A stretch of DNA of 64,000 nt, taken from positions 28,024,001-28,088,000 of the forward strand of contig NC_045138.2 in assembly GCF_008831285.2 (NCBI RefSeq), in the 5' to 3' direction. The notes below the pieces were generated by a model. It was not told where the DNA came from. It searched no databases and saw nothing but the letters and a program-made list of their open reading frames with translations. This document shows positions 1-11,857 of the stretch, piece by piece; position 1 is the stretch's first letter; every line of letters begins with the position of its first letter. The position numbers were made by a program, and so were the translations under genes. This DNA is from Nymphaea colorata. Its lineage: Eukaryota.

Positions 1-160
1 AAGAGTTAGACTTATTTTTATCTGATTGTTGAAAGGTCTTTGGTCATTCAAAACATATCCTTCAGTTAGTTGGTAGTGATGATCGTTAAAAGTACGTTTT
101 AGTGAAAATACAGAAAGCGACTCTCACTTTGTTCATTTGGATCTTCGGGTGAAATCTGGA

Positions 161-265
161 TAGGATTTCCCTTTCAAGTTTCAGAATTGGATGAATAGGA
201 TTTCCCTTTCAAGTTTCAGAATTGGATGAATAGGATTTCCCTTTCAAGTTTCAGAATTGGATGGA
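161..265. repeat. 35-bp minisatellite, 3 copies
   Basis: Unit TAGGATTTCCCTTTCAAGTTTCAGAATTGGATGAA at 161-195, 196-230 and 231-265 (one mismatch in the last copy). Confidence 0.9.
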
Positions 266-1899
266 TAGGTGAGAGGAGAATAGACATTTTGGAGGTTGGC
301 CACACCCTTCGCAAACAGATCGCTGTCCACGTTGGTTCTGCCGAAAAAGAGATTTCAAGGAAGATTTCGCCTCAGACAAAGTGATAAATTTTGAGATACA
401 TCTAGACAAAACGAAGAGCTGGATATTTCGAAAAAAAATTATAAGAAAAGGCATCGAGTGTATGAATCACGTGGCTCGTGCCCCTGCTCGTTCGTCCAAA
501 AAGAAAAGCACAGGATTATCTAATAAAGGAACTGTTTTTACAAATTTGTAAATATGTACAAGGGGGTTTTAAGAGAATAATATGAATGCTTATCATTCGT
601 TTAGTTCCGGACTGTTTGATGGATATCGCTTAAAGATTCAGGCAGATTCATAAAAGGTGTTAAAAAGTAGACTAATTACTGTTTCATTGGCCAACAGACC
701 TTTAATGTTTCCTTTCTACTGCTTATTGGACAACCTCACCATAATGGCAACACAAAAGAGAAGTCTGATCAGGAAAGAATTTTCGTGCGAGAGGAGAAAT
801 CACAATTTCTGAGCCAGGAAGATGACATGAAACAGGCTGTCTAGGGCAGGGGCTTGTCCACTTGTGGTTAATAAGTGCGTCATGACTCATCAGATCCCAT
901 TAGTTCGAACATCGTCGTTTCTAGGTGCACCAGGCACCGATCTTTCTGTAGCTTGTGCAATCTTGAGGTGCTGTGACAATTGGTCCGTTGGCATGGAGAT
1001 GGTCATAGTTTACAGTGGAAACGCGGTCCACAGGCGGCTTCTCCTGATTTAATGGAGCTTCCATCTATAACAGATATTTCTTCTTCACAAAGAGCTGAAA
1101 TAATTAATGGCACAATTTTACTGAATATTGTTTGATCAGTTGTATGCAGAGGCCACTAAAACAGCTCTGCAGTGACGCTTTTCAGGATCCAAGAAGTCTT
1201 GACGGGGAGAAAAGACGAAAACTAATGAGCGGAGAACCTTTGGTCAGTTTGGCTTTCAAAGAGGAAGATTCGTAGCGGCGATTTTGAACTGCAACTGTAT
1301 TTGATGCAGTGGAAGCTGAAGGGAGACCTCCAAAGTTCTTTACCTCAGGTTTTATTTACATAACTTGACATAGGCCAGGTCAGATTAGGAGTACGAGGAT
1401 TACATACTGCTAAATTCCTTATTTAATTTCTCAAAATGGCTAATCAGAAGTTTGTTAACTCAAACATTTATACAAAACTTCCTACGCAAAGGTACGCAAA
1501 CGAAATCCAATTCACAAACAAATTTGATCTATGGATAGTATTGTTGTTATAAAGGTTGTAATGCTAGAGGAATCATTACAGCAAGTCATAGAGAAGAAGA
1601 TCACAAGCATCTATACCATAAAATCGATTTTCCATTAAATGAAAAAGACATAGATAGTAGAATCACAATCATAGAATATGACCTTAATGGAAATGCATAC
1701 ATTTGCCTCAAACACTATGGAGATGGTGAGAAGAGATATATTTTACATCCCATGGGGTTTATAATTAGAGACAATTGATTTTAGTACAAAGTTTCTATAT
1801 CAATGAACAATGCCCTACCTTTGCAGTTTGAACTATTGATTTAAAAAATTGGAAGTAGACAAAACCTAAAAATCGGTAACTTGGGCATTACTCATTATT

Positions 1900-2256
1900 C
1901 ATAAACAAGCTGAGTTCGAGCTAGAAAAGTTAAACTTGCCTTCTTTAATGAATTGAGTTGGATCTAGACGGGCTCGACTTGTTTAGACTTGAGGAAGCTC
2001 GTTTAGAACATATATATAAATGATATCTTTCTTAATATTAAGAGAATTAATATTGTGGTTGCTTGTCCCACTCGTCTCTTGTCTCTGTTGTTTTAAAATA
2101 AGATATATTTTAACGCTTGGCTGACTCTGTGACTCACTTTTAATGGAGCTCTGGGTCGAGCTCAAGCAAGTTGGGTCGACTCGAGCATGAGTTGATGCAC
2201 TTGAGCTCACCTAGAGTTCGAGCTGAGTCTCTCAACTAGAGCTCGAGCTGGCCCTA
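1900..2256. mobile_element. Degenerate hAT-type MITE remnant (CGAGCTCGA-motif family)
   Basis: Clustered GAGCTCGAG/CTCGACT motifs ending in ...GCTGGCCCTA, resembling the intact element at 29486-30034. No left TIR or TSD recognised. Confidence 0.4.
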
Positions 2257-3798
2257 CTGGGCTCGTGAACACCGCCAGTTTCCATTAGTCATCAGTGGGG
2301 GCGCAAAAGCGTAGAACTTCTTGTCTTCTAATTGCAGGATTAAGTAGACCAAAAATCCGAACAGTCCCAAAGTCATCCTTTTTACATAGTTTCCTTTCAA
2401 GTACTGATTCACTTCCCCGTAGTCCCTGAAAAACAGTTCTTGTTTATTACTCTTTAGACAACTCAATTAGGAAAACAAAGAATGAAGTTGAAAGAGCTAC
2501 ATCATGAAGAATTAAGTAACGGAAACAAGATACATTGGAGAGGAAGTATTCACAATTTCACACAAAGGAACAGTAAACAAGTTAATTCCTTAAACTGCTT
2601 TAATTCACCATTCAGCAGAACCCTTGAATGGATAGTCCGCGACAAAGCTTAGGCAGCGGTGATTATGGAGAGTTTTCGGATCGAAGCCCTGCTAATCTGT
2701 GGTGGGCTGATTCAACATTCTTTAGTTGGCCTACGGAGAAACCAGATATTGGAAAAAATATGGTAAGGCATAAACAAGGAAACGGAAAAAGAGTACAGTA
2801 AGATACACAAGAGAACTGCCCCGATCTTACACCGATTAGGAACTAACAAGCAAGAAAGACTTGAAACGGAAAAAAGCAAGAACACAATTGATTTTGAGTC
2901 GTTCAGAAAAAGCTCTTCTATGGTTACAGCAGCATCAGTTTCTAATTCTTTTGTTTTTGAAAAATGAATATCATATTTATATTGACGATTTGTATTCTTG
3001 GGGTGAGCGGGAGGTTGTTCCACCGCCCAAACAAACCACACCTTAAGCTTTTCCTCTTGTTTTTTTGAGGGTTTAGAATTACGTACATGCTTCAACTTAT
3101 ATATGGATGTCAATATATTAGAATTACGTTCATAGTGGGGTAGCCACATGCTTCAACATATATATGGATGTCAATATATTCGATGTGAATTGAATATCTG
3201 ATCAAACCGATCCAAAAAATCAGACATAAAAAAAAATTAATATTCAATTAAGAATTGGATCGGATTTGGATTTAAGAAATGACATCAATCGGACTCGAAA
3301 TTGGAACTGGATATATATAAATATTCAATCAACTTTGGATCAAATCTATTTTTTAAAAATCTCATTAGATATATCTAATGCTCTTACATTTTAAAAATTA
3401 GTAAAAGTTGGTTCAAAATTCTGATTCAGTTTGGGATATAAATATAAACATTGGATTCCGATGACATTGGGATTGTGAAATCAAATTTTGAATTCAGATT
3501 CAGATATGACTTTTCTTTATTTATATTCGAATCTAAATATGTAAATATTTGAAAAAATAGATATAATTAAGGACAGATCTAATTCAAACAACCCCTATTT
3601 GGTACAGAATAATAGCCCTCCATGAGTTGAACTGGTGACACGCCACACACGTGCTCTCAGCCCACCGGTTCGAGCTATGTCCCTTGGGGCGACATTTTCT
3701 ATTTAAAATCGAAAACCCCAATAAAAGATTCCACATATAGTGGTTAATCAAGTGTGGGTCGTAGAGATATCGAGCAAAAACTAGAATTTAGTACCTGC

Positions 3799-6700
3799 TT
3801 AGATTGCCATCTCCGCTATTAACTCGTCGAGCTCCTCCTTTTCCTTTGTTTCCTGAGATACTGCCAATAAACGGCTACTGGGAGATGCTGGCTGTCTTGC
3901 ATGATCTACCGGCTGGGAGGTGGAAACAGTGACTGGCCGAAGAATCTGTTCCTGCAATTTTTCTTCAACACGATCGTCGTCCTCCAACGCGAGGAGTTCT
4001 TCCTCCAACTCATCCTTGAAAGATCATAGAGGTTAAAGAATCTAATTAGAAATAAAGAGAGAAAAGGTAAAGATTGAAGCCATGTAAGTTTAAAAATTTT
4101 GTGGCAAATTGAGTCTTATTGGAGTTCTCTTGGGTGGTGCTGAAGTACCTCATCGAAATCTGCTACACCAAGTGGAGCAGACAATGCTTCCTGTATCTGC
4201 CTTAAGTCGTCCACCTGATCGTGTATCTCTCCCATGGTCTTATCGACATCATCGATATTCCTGCGAGGGAAAAGACACATCTTAATTAATTTGCGAAGTA
4301 CTACGACAATCAATATGATCCACAAGGAATAAAAGGATTACGGTATATATACAAAAGATACAACAACTTTCAGGAAATAAATAAATATCGAAATCAAAGA
4401 TCCTTTTATGCACATGTACAAAAGGAGTGCAAAGTGTATGCTTGTGATTTTCAGAACAACTGTTGCAAGAAATAAGCTTTAAAGTCATTTTATGGAGAAA
4501 TTTCCAGCTACCCAACAAACTTTTTTGTTCAAACAAATCTCTACATCAAATTTTGCGTTTCTGGTGTACCACCAAAATTTGTGTTTGAATTATACCAATG
4601 ACTTCTATGATTAGCTATTCGTTCAGACAACCATTAAAACTACACGAAAGGGAAACATTATTGGTCGAACGAGGTGAGAGGGCAGCATTTTTTCTTTAAG
4701 AATCGTAAGGGCAAAAGAGAATTTCTATCTATGTAGAATTTGCTGGGAAGGTTAGAAAAAGTAGCTTAATTTGGTTAAGAAGATGTACAGCTTTGGCCAA
4801 ACCTACTCAATTGGCAAGAACTAGTAGACAAGAAGGGCAGATCGATGACTCTTAAACGAAAATACGCAAAAAATTCGCGCGCACTTTTCTTGCTAACTGA
4901 GATCTTCGACAATTTATTATAAATCGGTCAACATTTTTCCTCTTCAATGCAAAATGCTCACATCTCTTGTTGCATCTTTTTGATAGCCGCTGCTCCTGTT
5001 CTTAATGCATCCACAGTATCTGTAGTAGCTTTTGCGCCTTCTAGCAGAACCATCTGCATAAAACGGGAGAGTTACTAAGCAGTGAAGTGAAATTATCGAG
5101 GCATCGGCCTGAACACGTTTTGTCGTAAAGGCCCGAACGTATAAACAATGTGTTCGGCCTCAAACTTGACGGCCTTCAAAAGATTCATGACAAACTTTCT
5201 ACAGCAGAACGAAATGACAAATCACCTGATCCTGGACGCGTAGCTGGAAATTTCTTATTTGCTGAATTTGTACGTCATATAATTTCTTCTTCTTTAAACA
5301 TTGCATGGCAGCTGCGTCAAACAAAAGAAAAGAAAAAAATCACAGACGGAGCCAGGAATTTTTTGTCACAGAGAACAAACTATGTTTCAAAATTTTAACA
5401 AGGGCTGAAATAAAAATTTTCAAATTATATATATATATATATTATATTATATTAAACTAAATTTTTTGAGATTTACATATAAAATTTTAAAGTTTTTAAA
5501 ATATGAGGAGTGTGGTTCACCGCGTCTTTTCAATACAAGTCTATCTTCCATGGCTTCTGTTTTGTTTAATTTGATATGGTCTATATCATTGGGGGCCTGA
5601 GCTTAGAACAAAGTCTAACCACTTTACAACCCAAACAGTTGAGGAGCTAGGTGGAGGAATAACATGAAAGATTGTTGGAGCATGATGAGTGCTTTCTATG
5701 ACTGATTCCATTATATTAATCCAAGGTTAAAGGAAAGGCACACCTCTTTTGTTGTTTGCTTTGATAAATTGCTTTGCTCGCTCGACCTCTGAGTCAGCCT
5801 TCTTTTCCAGCATCTTTTCTTTCTTCTCTAGCATGCCAAGGGTCTTGTAAAAAGAAAATTAAAGACAAAACCGTTTAATTTCATGTGCACAGAATCACTT
5901 GTTTAAAAAAGAGAAAAATATTTGAGACTATTAGTAACGTCTCAGATTGATGAGATGGAAACCTTAACTGCATGCTGTATTAATCTTACGATGCAGTAAA
6001 TTTAGAGGGTCAATTCTGACTTCTGAGACCCTTATAATAGTAGTAAATTTAGATATAAAACTAAACTTTTCAAAGTGAAATGTAACAGAAGAGGTCCATT
6101 AAAATTTGCCATTTAAAAGAAGACAGATGGAGACAACCCACAAAGATCGATTATGTCTACATTACATGACTCTTTGTTCATTCATGTAAATCCAAAGTAC
6201 ATTAGTTCGACAAACCATATCAACCCTAGTAATTTTGACAAAGTATCTAATAGCATACTTGTTCTTGCAACCAAACACTACTTAGAGGTAAAGGTGAAGC
6301 TATCCAAATTTTCTAAGAAGTCAATGGTTGTCAAGGAAAGCAGCTAAGACAAAGAAGAGATGAGAAATTTCAGGATAAATGTAACATCGTCACAATCTCA
6401 CCAAATTATCTAAGAAGTCTATGGTTGTCATTATGAGAAGCATGATGTGATTATGTCACTTGAAATGAAAACATGACATTGTTAGAGTATGTGCTTCAAA
6501 CAATACAATGTTTTTCTTATCAAACATCCTCGAAAGACATATTTGGTTGTTAACCGTTTGAGATTAACTGTGTGGCTCGACCATGCGCTCTTCATTCAAA
6601 CACGGTAGAAGGTGTCTCACGACACGCTCCATCATTTCCCTCGTAAAATGTATAAAGTTTTCGAAAAAAATGTATCTGCTCAATATTTCAGGTGCAACAA

Positions 6701-7009
6701 AATGTCAGCAGAAAAGTCTCAAGACACTCTGCATCGCGATTCAAATGCAACCTAATTAGGTCACAAGAATGGCGAGACAATCAAAACTATAATTCACAGA
6801 CCCGGGCAGATCGTGCAGTAAATCAGCATGCTGTTGAGAATTACAGGAGACCAGAAGCTTAAGGTTGGATACAATCAACAGAAGCAAACAGAGAAGTACC
6901 AGGAGAAGAGAATGATGTGAATCACCTCATTCAACTTTTCTATCGAGTTGATGGGATTCGCCTGTTGCTGCTTCCTTTTGCGAGTGAGCCTAGAAGAAGA
7001 TCCTCCCAT
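3799..7009 (-). CDS. VPS32: ESCRT-III subunit VPS32/SNF7 (CHMP4-like), 6 exons, 229 aa
   Basis: Exons 7009-6926, 5843-5744, 5311-5226, 5053-4962, 4260-4149 and 4014-3799, all GT-AG with consistent phases (690 nt). Translation includes IEKLNETLGMLEKKEK, KNNKRAAMQCLKKKKLY, FQLRVQDQMVLLEGAKATTDTVDALRTGA, NIDDVDKTM, DFDEDELEEEL and ELDELIAEMAI, matching plant SNF7/VPS32. Confidence 0.93.
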
Positions 7010-7221
7010 TTTAATTTCCTTTCCAAACACTAATCTAAGAAAAGCCAACCGAACCAAAAAAAACGAGCAATTTTGCGGGAATCCTCCACAACGCAAACTG
7101 GATTTGTCCCAAAGAAGAAAACTGTCAATGAAGAAACACCCAAAAGAATTTTCTCAGAGAAACTTCCCTTCGCAGAGAAGACACGAGGAGAAACAGAGAC
7201 GATCGTCTTCAAATGATCTTA

Positions 7222-7245
7222 AGAGAGAGAGAGAGAGAGAGAGAG
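7222..7245. repeat. (GA)n microsatellite in the VPS32 5' region
   Basis: About 12 GA units roughly 210 bp upstream of the VPS32 ATG. Confidence 0.85.
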
Positions 7246-7373
7246 CTGTAATGGAGAAGAATTAAGAAGTTGAAAAACTGTTTGGACGACATTTCTACAA
7301 AACCAGAAATTTAAATCGGAAAAATTGCTTTTGTAAATAGAATTATTGGAAAGAGAATCTCACCGTGTACTTT

Positions 7374-8207
7374 TATATGTCGACGTGTTTGGATGTTTGA
7401 ACAATGTTCATGCAACCTTTTTTTTTTTAGGAATTAAAATGACCCGATTCCGTGAGCACTTCCCTTTCTATCTATTTATTTATGTATTTGATTCCCCACC
7501 ACAACCACAGGAAATTCATTCCTTCTCGCCATCAAGGAGGAAACAGAAAACCGGCGGACGTCCTCCTTGAAAACAATTACCCAGAAGGTTTACTTTGTTT
7601 GGATGAAAAGAAAGAAAACTAAAAGCTTTGTTTGGATAGAAGAAAAGAAAGTGAAAGGTGCTTTGGATTTCTTTGTCCCACCCACAAGCTTTTATTCTCA
7701 TTTTTATTATATGTTTCCAGAAAAAAGTTCCAAAACCGTTAGAATGTTATCAGGAGCAACTGTTGCGAGGAGGAAGAAACCATCTGCAGATTAGTTTTCT
7801 TCTATTTCTTACTTTTTCATGCTATTATGTTGCAAGGCAGAATCAATCTTACAGGTGCGAAGTTTGAGGTCTTCTATTAGTTCATCCAATTTGAAAAGTT
7901 AATTACCGAATTTTCTGGAAAAAGGAAAATGTTATTTGTCGTTTCTACTTCTTTTTATCTGGTTAGAGTTACTGGGAAATGATTCTTTAACTAAATTTCT
8001 AATGTGCAAAATAACCGATTTCTCCTTCTGAGACACTCATATGTACAGGATATTAACCGTCTAGTATAACAATTGTTCAAAGGCCCTTTTCTTTTAGTAA
8101 TGGATTTTTATCCATCAAAATAAAAAATTCAATATATATATATATATATATATGCGAAAAGTGAGTAAATTAAGTACAAAAATTAAAGAAGAAAAAAATA
8201 GAAAGAG
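7374..8207 (+). repeat. Segmental duplication block (VPS32 upstream region), copy 1; copy 2 at about 18584-19550
   Basis: TATATGTCGACGTGTTTGGATGTTTGAACAATG... and the following ~800 bp recur colinearly from 18584. Confidence 0.9.
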
Positions 8208-8922
8208 ACTACAATGGTACGCCCAAATGGGGGCCGGTACGCCGGTACGTTTGGATCTGGTTCTAATTCGAAATTAGATCCAAACCATATCATAACCAAA
8301 AAAAAAAAAAAAAACCCGACGGGCCGACGCCCGATGCCTTACTTCTCCGTCTCGAGTTTGGTCCTTCCCTCGGCGGCGATTCTTTGCTGCGACTTTGGGC
8401 AGCGGCAACGGACGGTGGCTGGCGGCAGACGGGGACCGGCGACGGACGCGACTGGCGACGGACCAAGATTTCTACACATTTTTTAAATGGCCAAACACCC
8501 AAAAGCCAAAGGAAAATCCCCCAAATCCAGAAGAAGAAGAGAGGGAAAGTGGGAGGGAGAGAGTCATGCGGCCGGCGGCTGGTGCGCAACGCCGGGATCG
8601 GACTGGACGACGGCGAGAGAGAGAGAGGGAAAGACTCACACGGTGCGCTGCCAGTGACGGCGGGACCCTGGTTGCCATTAGGCGACCGTGCGACGATTCG
8701 CGCTCTTTCTCTTGCTGTGGAAGGACGCAGCGTAGGGACCGAAATGAAGCAGCTTGGATCGGGTCTCATCCCTCAGGCGCACCGACCCGGGTCCAGTAAG
8801 GCCACAACTTCCACACATTTTTAGGTAAGTACATTTTAAAAAATGGTTTTTTTAATTTTTTGAATTAAAAATATATAATAATATATAATATTCACCATAA
8901 CACCGTACCATACCCGTATGAC
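8208..8922. mobile_element. GC-rich non-coding insertion, probably a non-autonomous DNA transposon
   Basis: Absent from the duplicated copy at about 19540-19560. Flanked by near-identical 10-mers ATAGAAAGAG (8198-8207) and ATAGGAAGAG (8923-8932). TIRs are not convincing. Confidence 0.5.
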
Positions 8923-9396
8923 ATAGGAAGAGAGGAAAAAGTAAGAGCCGATGAAGAAAAGGGTAGGAAGAACCATTCTTAAAATGGAATTTTTTTCTTT
9001 TGTTTTTGTTTTTCTTCTCATGGTTCTCACATAATTTTCCTTTATCCTGGTCTTATTTTTCTTTAATTTTTTGATGAAATTGTCATCCAAACATAAGATT
9101 ACTATATCTTAAAAAATTCAGAGACTTGAAAATTTCCTTCACTCATTCAATGTCGACAGAACCTTAGAGATGTAGCAAGTATTGAAATTAATAAGAAAAA
9201 TTTGTTCTCTATAATTGCACCAAGAAAAAAGAAGCATACGTTCACTCATTCGAATCTTCCCATGCTCATCCACCAAAATACAAAATCCAATATGGGCATT
9301 GAACGAGAACCGAACCGATTCACCTGAAGATGGATCTACTCGCATTTATTTAAGGGATAAAAGCAAAAAACCAATTGCGGCCATGGGATGAGATCT

Positions 9397-11857
9397 TCAC
9401 TCCACACTCAATTCATTAATCATGTCCATCTTTGGCGCTTCAGAGCTTAAACCTGCACCGCTTGAGTCTGGGGAGAGGTCGGCTAACTGCTTGACGTTGA
9501 AGGGATAGACGTCGGACTTGGAGTCCGATAAGAATATCCTTCTCGCGAGGATCAAGTTTGCTGCATTGGTAGGATGGCCGTCGTCGAAGAAGAGATATGT
9601 GTTTCTATCTTCACAAACACTGCCATTCTTCTTGCACTGCGCACTCGATACGGCACAACAAGGCTTGTCAACCACCGTGAGTCCTGTTAACCAGTGAAGC
9701 TTAACTCAGTCAAGCTAAGAATGGAAATTCGGTAATTATACATTATTTTACCGACAGCTATTTCAAATAGTAGATATTAAACGTTCTTCCATAGCAAGAA
9801 AATAGTACAAAAATATGCTCAAGTTTTCATGAAATAAGAAAAACACACTTTTAATTTTTTTTTTTTTTTTTTTACCATAAAAACTCGTGGATTGAAGTGG
9901 GCTGGGGTTCCAGATGAATATTTTGTTTCAAATTTCTTTTTTTTCTTTTTTTTTTTTAATAGAAGGGAAGTCGTTCAGTTTATCATGCTGTTCATTTTCT
10001 TCACATAACACAGAGTCTCTGATCGTTAAAAAAAAAAAAACCTGGTCATGATTCAAGGTTGACCCGGCTAAACCTAGCCATGAGTTAATGTTGGTTGAGC
10101 TTACTCCTAACTGGGCTTGACTTGACCCTAACTGGTCCATTTCAAAATATTTTAAAACTGGATAGAAGCAATGAGTCAACTCATCATCGTCGGCTCATGA
10201 ACCTAATGACCTAATTATTAACTGATCGGAATCCGATTCAGAAATTTAGCAACGATGGTTCCCAGAAAAGCTGCATCGCCCAAGCACGCGAGTTAAAAGG
10301 AGGATTTCTTACACCAACCTCGTCAAGGACAAGTTTAACTGGTTCATAAAGCCATTGTTAGAATATGTGGAATCATGAAATGGAAGTGTTCGGCATACCG
10401 TAATCGGCGGGAGAATGTATCATCTCGCTCATGATTTTGTAGCTGTTAGCAAAAACAACATGGGAGCCGGGCATGTCTCTGGTTAGCGTGTCGATTGAGG
10501 CGTTGAGGCGAATGTTGAATTGCATGGATGCCAAATTGTAGGTTTCGTTGCAGCTGCCGTCTGTAGTTGTTGATCTTGCTAACGGCGTGCAGCCACTCAC
10601 CTGGATGGACAGTAACGCGAATTTCCGGGCTCCCAGACCATACAGCCACTGCGAAAAAAAGGGGAAATTTGAGTATATCTGTTCGTTTTAACTGTCGAAA
10701 AATTCATAAAATTTAGTCGAAGTTTTCGCGGTGCAATAAAAACAGGCTCAAGTTTTATTGTTTATCCAAGGATGTGGATGTTTGTCAATGCTGAGAGTGA
10801 TGGGTGGTGATAAATAGACAGAAAGCTTTATTTACCTTTAGTTGCTGCGTGAACCTGCCGAGAAGTTCCTCCGTGAATTCCGGCAGATAGCAGGCAGCTC
10901 GGAAAAAACAACCCCATACATAATCATTTCCGCCGGTATTAATCGCAAATATACTCCGTGAGAGATAAGATGAAAGATCCTTTCCAAGGAGGGACCTTAG
11001 TTCGGGCAGAGTTCTTGCCTCAAAGTTCCTGATTTGTTGGTTGAATGGTATCACTTCCTCCTGCAACGCCAACAAACAAACAAAAGGGTTAATAAAAAAG
11101 AAGAGAGGCCCACAGAATCCACGTGCCATCCATTATACTATGTAGATGTTGGAGTTCGGGTGCTATTTGACATCCTTCTTCTGTTAAAAGAAGGGCAATT
11201 GTGTTTTAGATAATGCCACATCAATCACGTAGAGCGTGTTTGGCAGTGAACGAAATCGCCCTTCTCTTGTTGTTTTATACAGTTGAACACGGCGCTCCAC
11301 AGACACAAACAGTGGACGAGACCGGAGCAATGCGTTTGGCACACTCCAAGTCCTCTGAATTTTGTGTTTCGACCAGAATGTCCTCTTTCTGGGCGTGTCC
11401 TTAAGACAGGTAACCTGATTTGCTGCCCTCGATCTTCGAGAATTAAAGAAGGCAAAGGCAAAAAAAGGAGCGATAATTTTACACTGAAATTGGTTGAGTC
11501 AAGAATGCCGGAAGATCCTGAAGCATAGTTCACTCCACTTAGAATCATGCGTCCTTTGGTGCTCGGGTTAGTGAAGCAAGGTAGTAAATTGGGGACGCCC
11601 AGAAGCTGTCCAAGAACATCGGCCACTGTTTTGTCATTGTTGAACCTTCCTGTCGGAAAGCCAAAATCAACGCCGTAAGGCGGATAATTGGCTTTGGCTG
11701 TTGAACCTGCAAAGAATATATTGTTGCCATTGTCAACTAAGGAATCCCCAAAAACAAACATGGATGTGGTATTGGACGCTCCATTTTCCTCCAGGCAATG
11801 CAGAAGAGACGAGGAGCCGAGGAGGATGAAGATGAACAACGTCATCGCTGCCATCAT
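9397..11857 (-). CDS. GDSL esterase/lipase, paralog A1 (secreted, 4 exons, about 378 aa)
   Basis: Exons 11857-11483, 11060-10836, 10648-10399 and 9683-9397, GT-AG and in frame. Hydrophobic signal peptide; block I FVFGDSLVDNGN, block II GVNYASGSSG, block III TGGNDY, block V FFDDGHPT. Confidence 0.92.

Noticed and set aside
161..265. 35-bp repeats of CRISPR-like length
   Set aside because: Units are contiguous with no spacers, the context is eukaryotic, and there are no cas genes. This is a minisatellite.
860..1350. Possible exon or pseudogene fragment
   Set aside because: Only short frames with stops and no recognisable motif. It needs BLASTX.
3160..3600. MITE-like ATCCGA/TCGGAT-rich stretch (similar ones at about 51130-51465 and 5340-5530)
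   Set aside because: Probably old DNA-transposon debris, but I could not define paired TIRs or a TSD.
8214..8824. Overlapping 90-160 aa ORFs on both strands
   Set aside because: A by-product of GC-rich transposon sequence with low-complexity translations. The same applies to 20626-20873 and 53119-53763.
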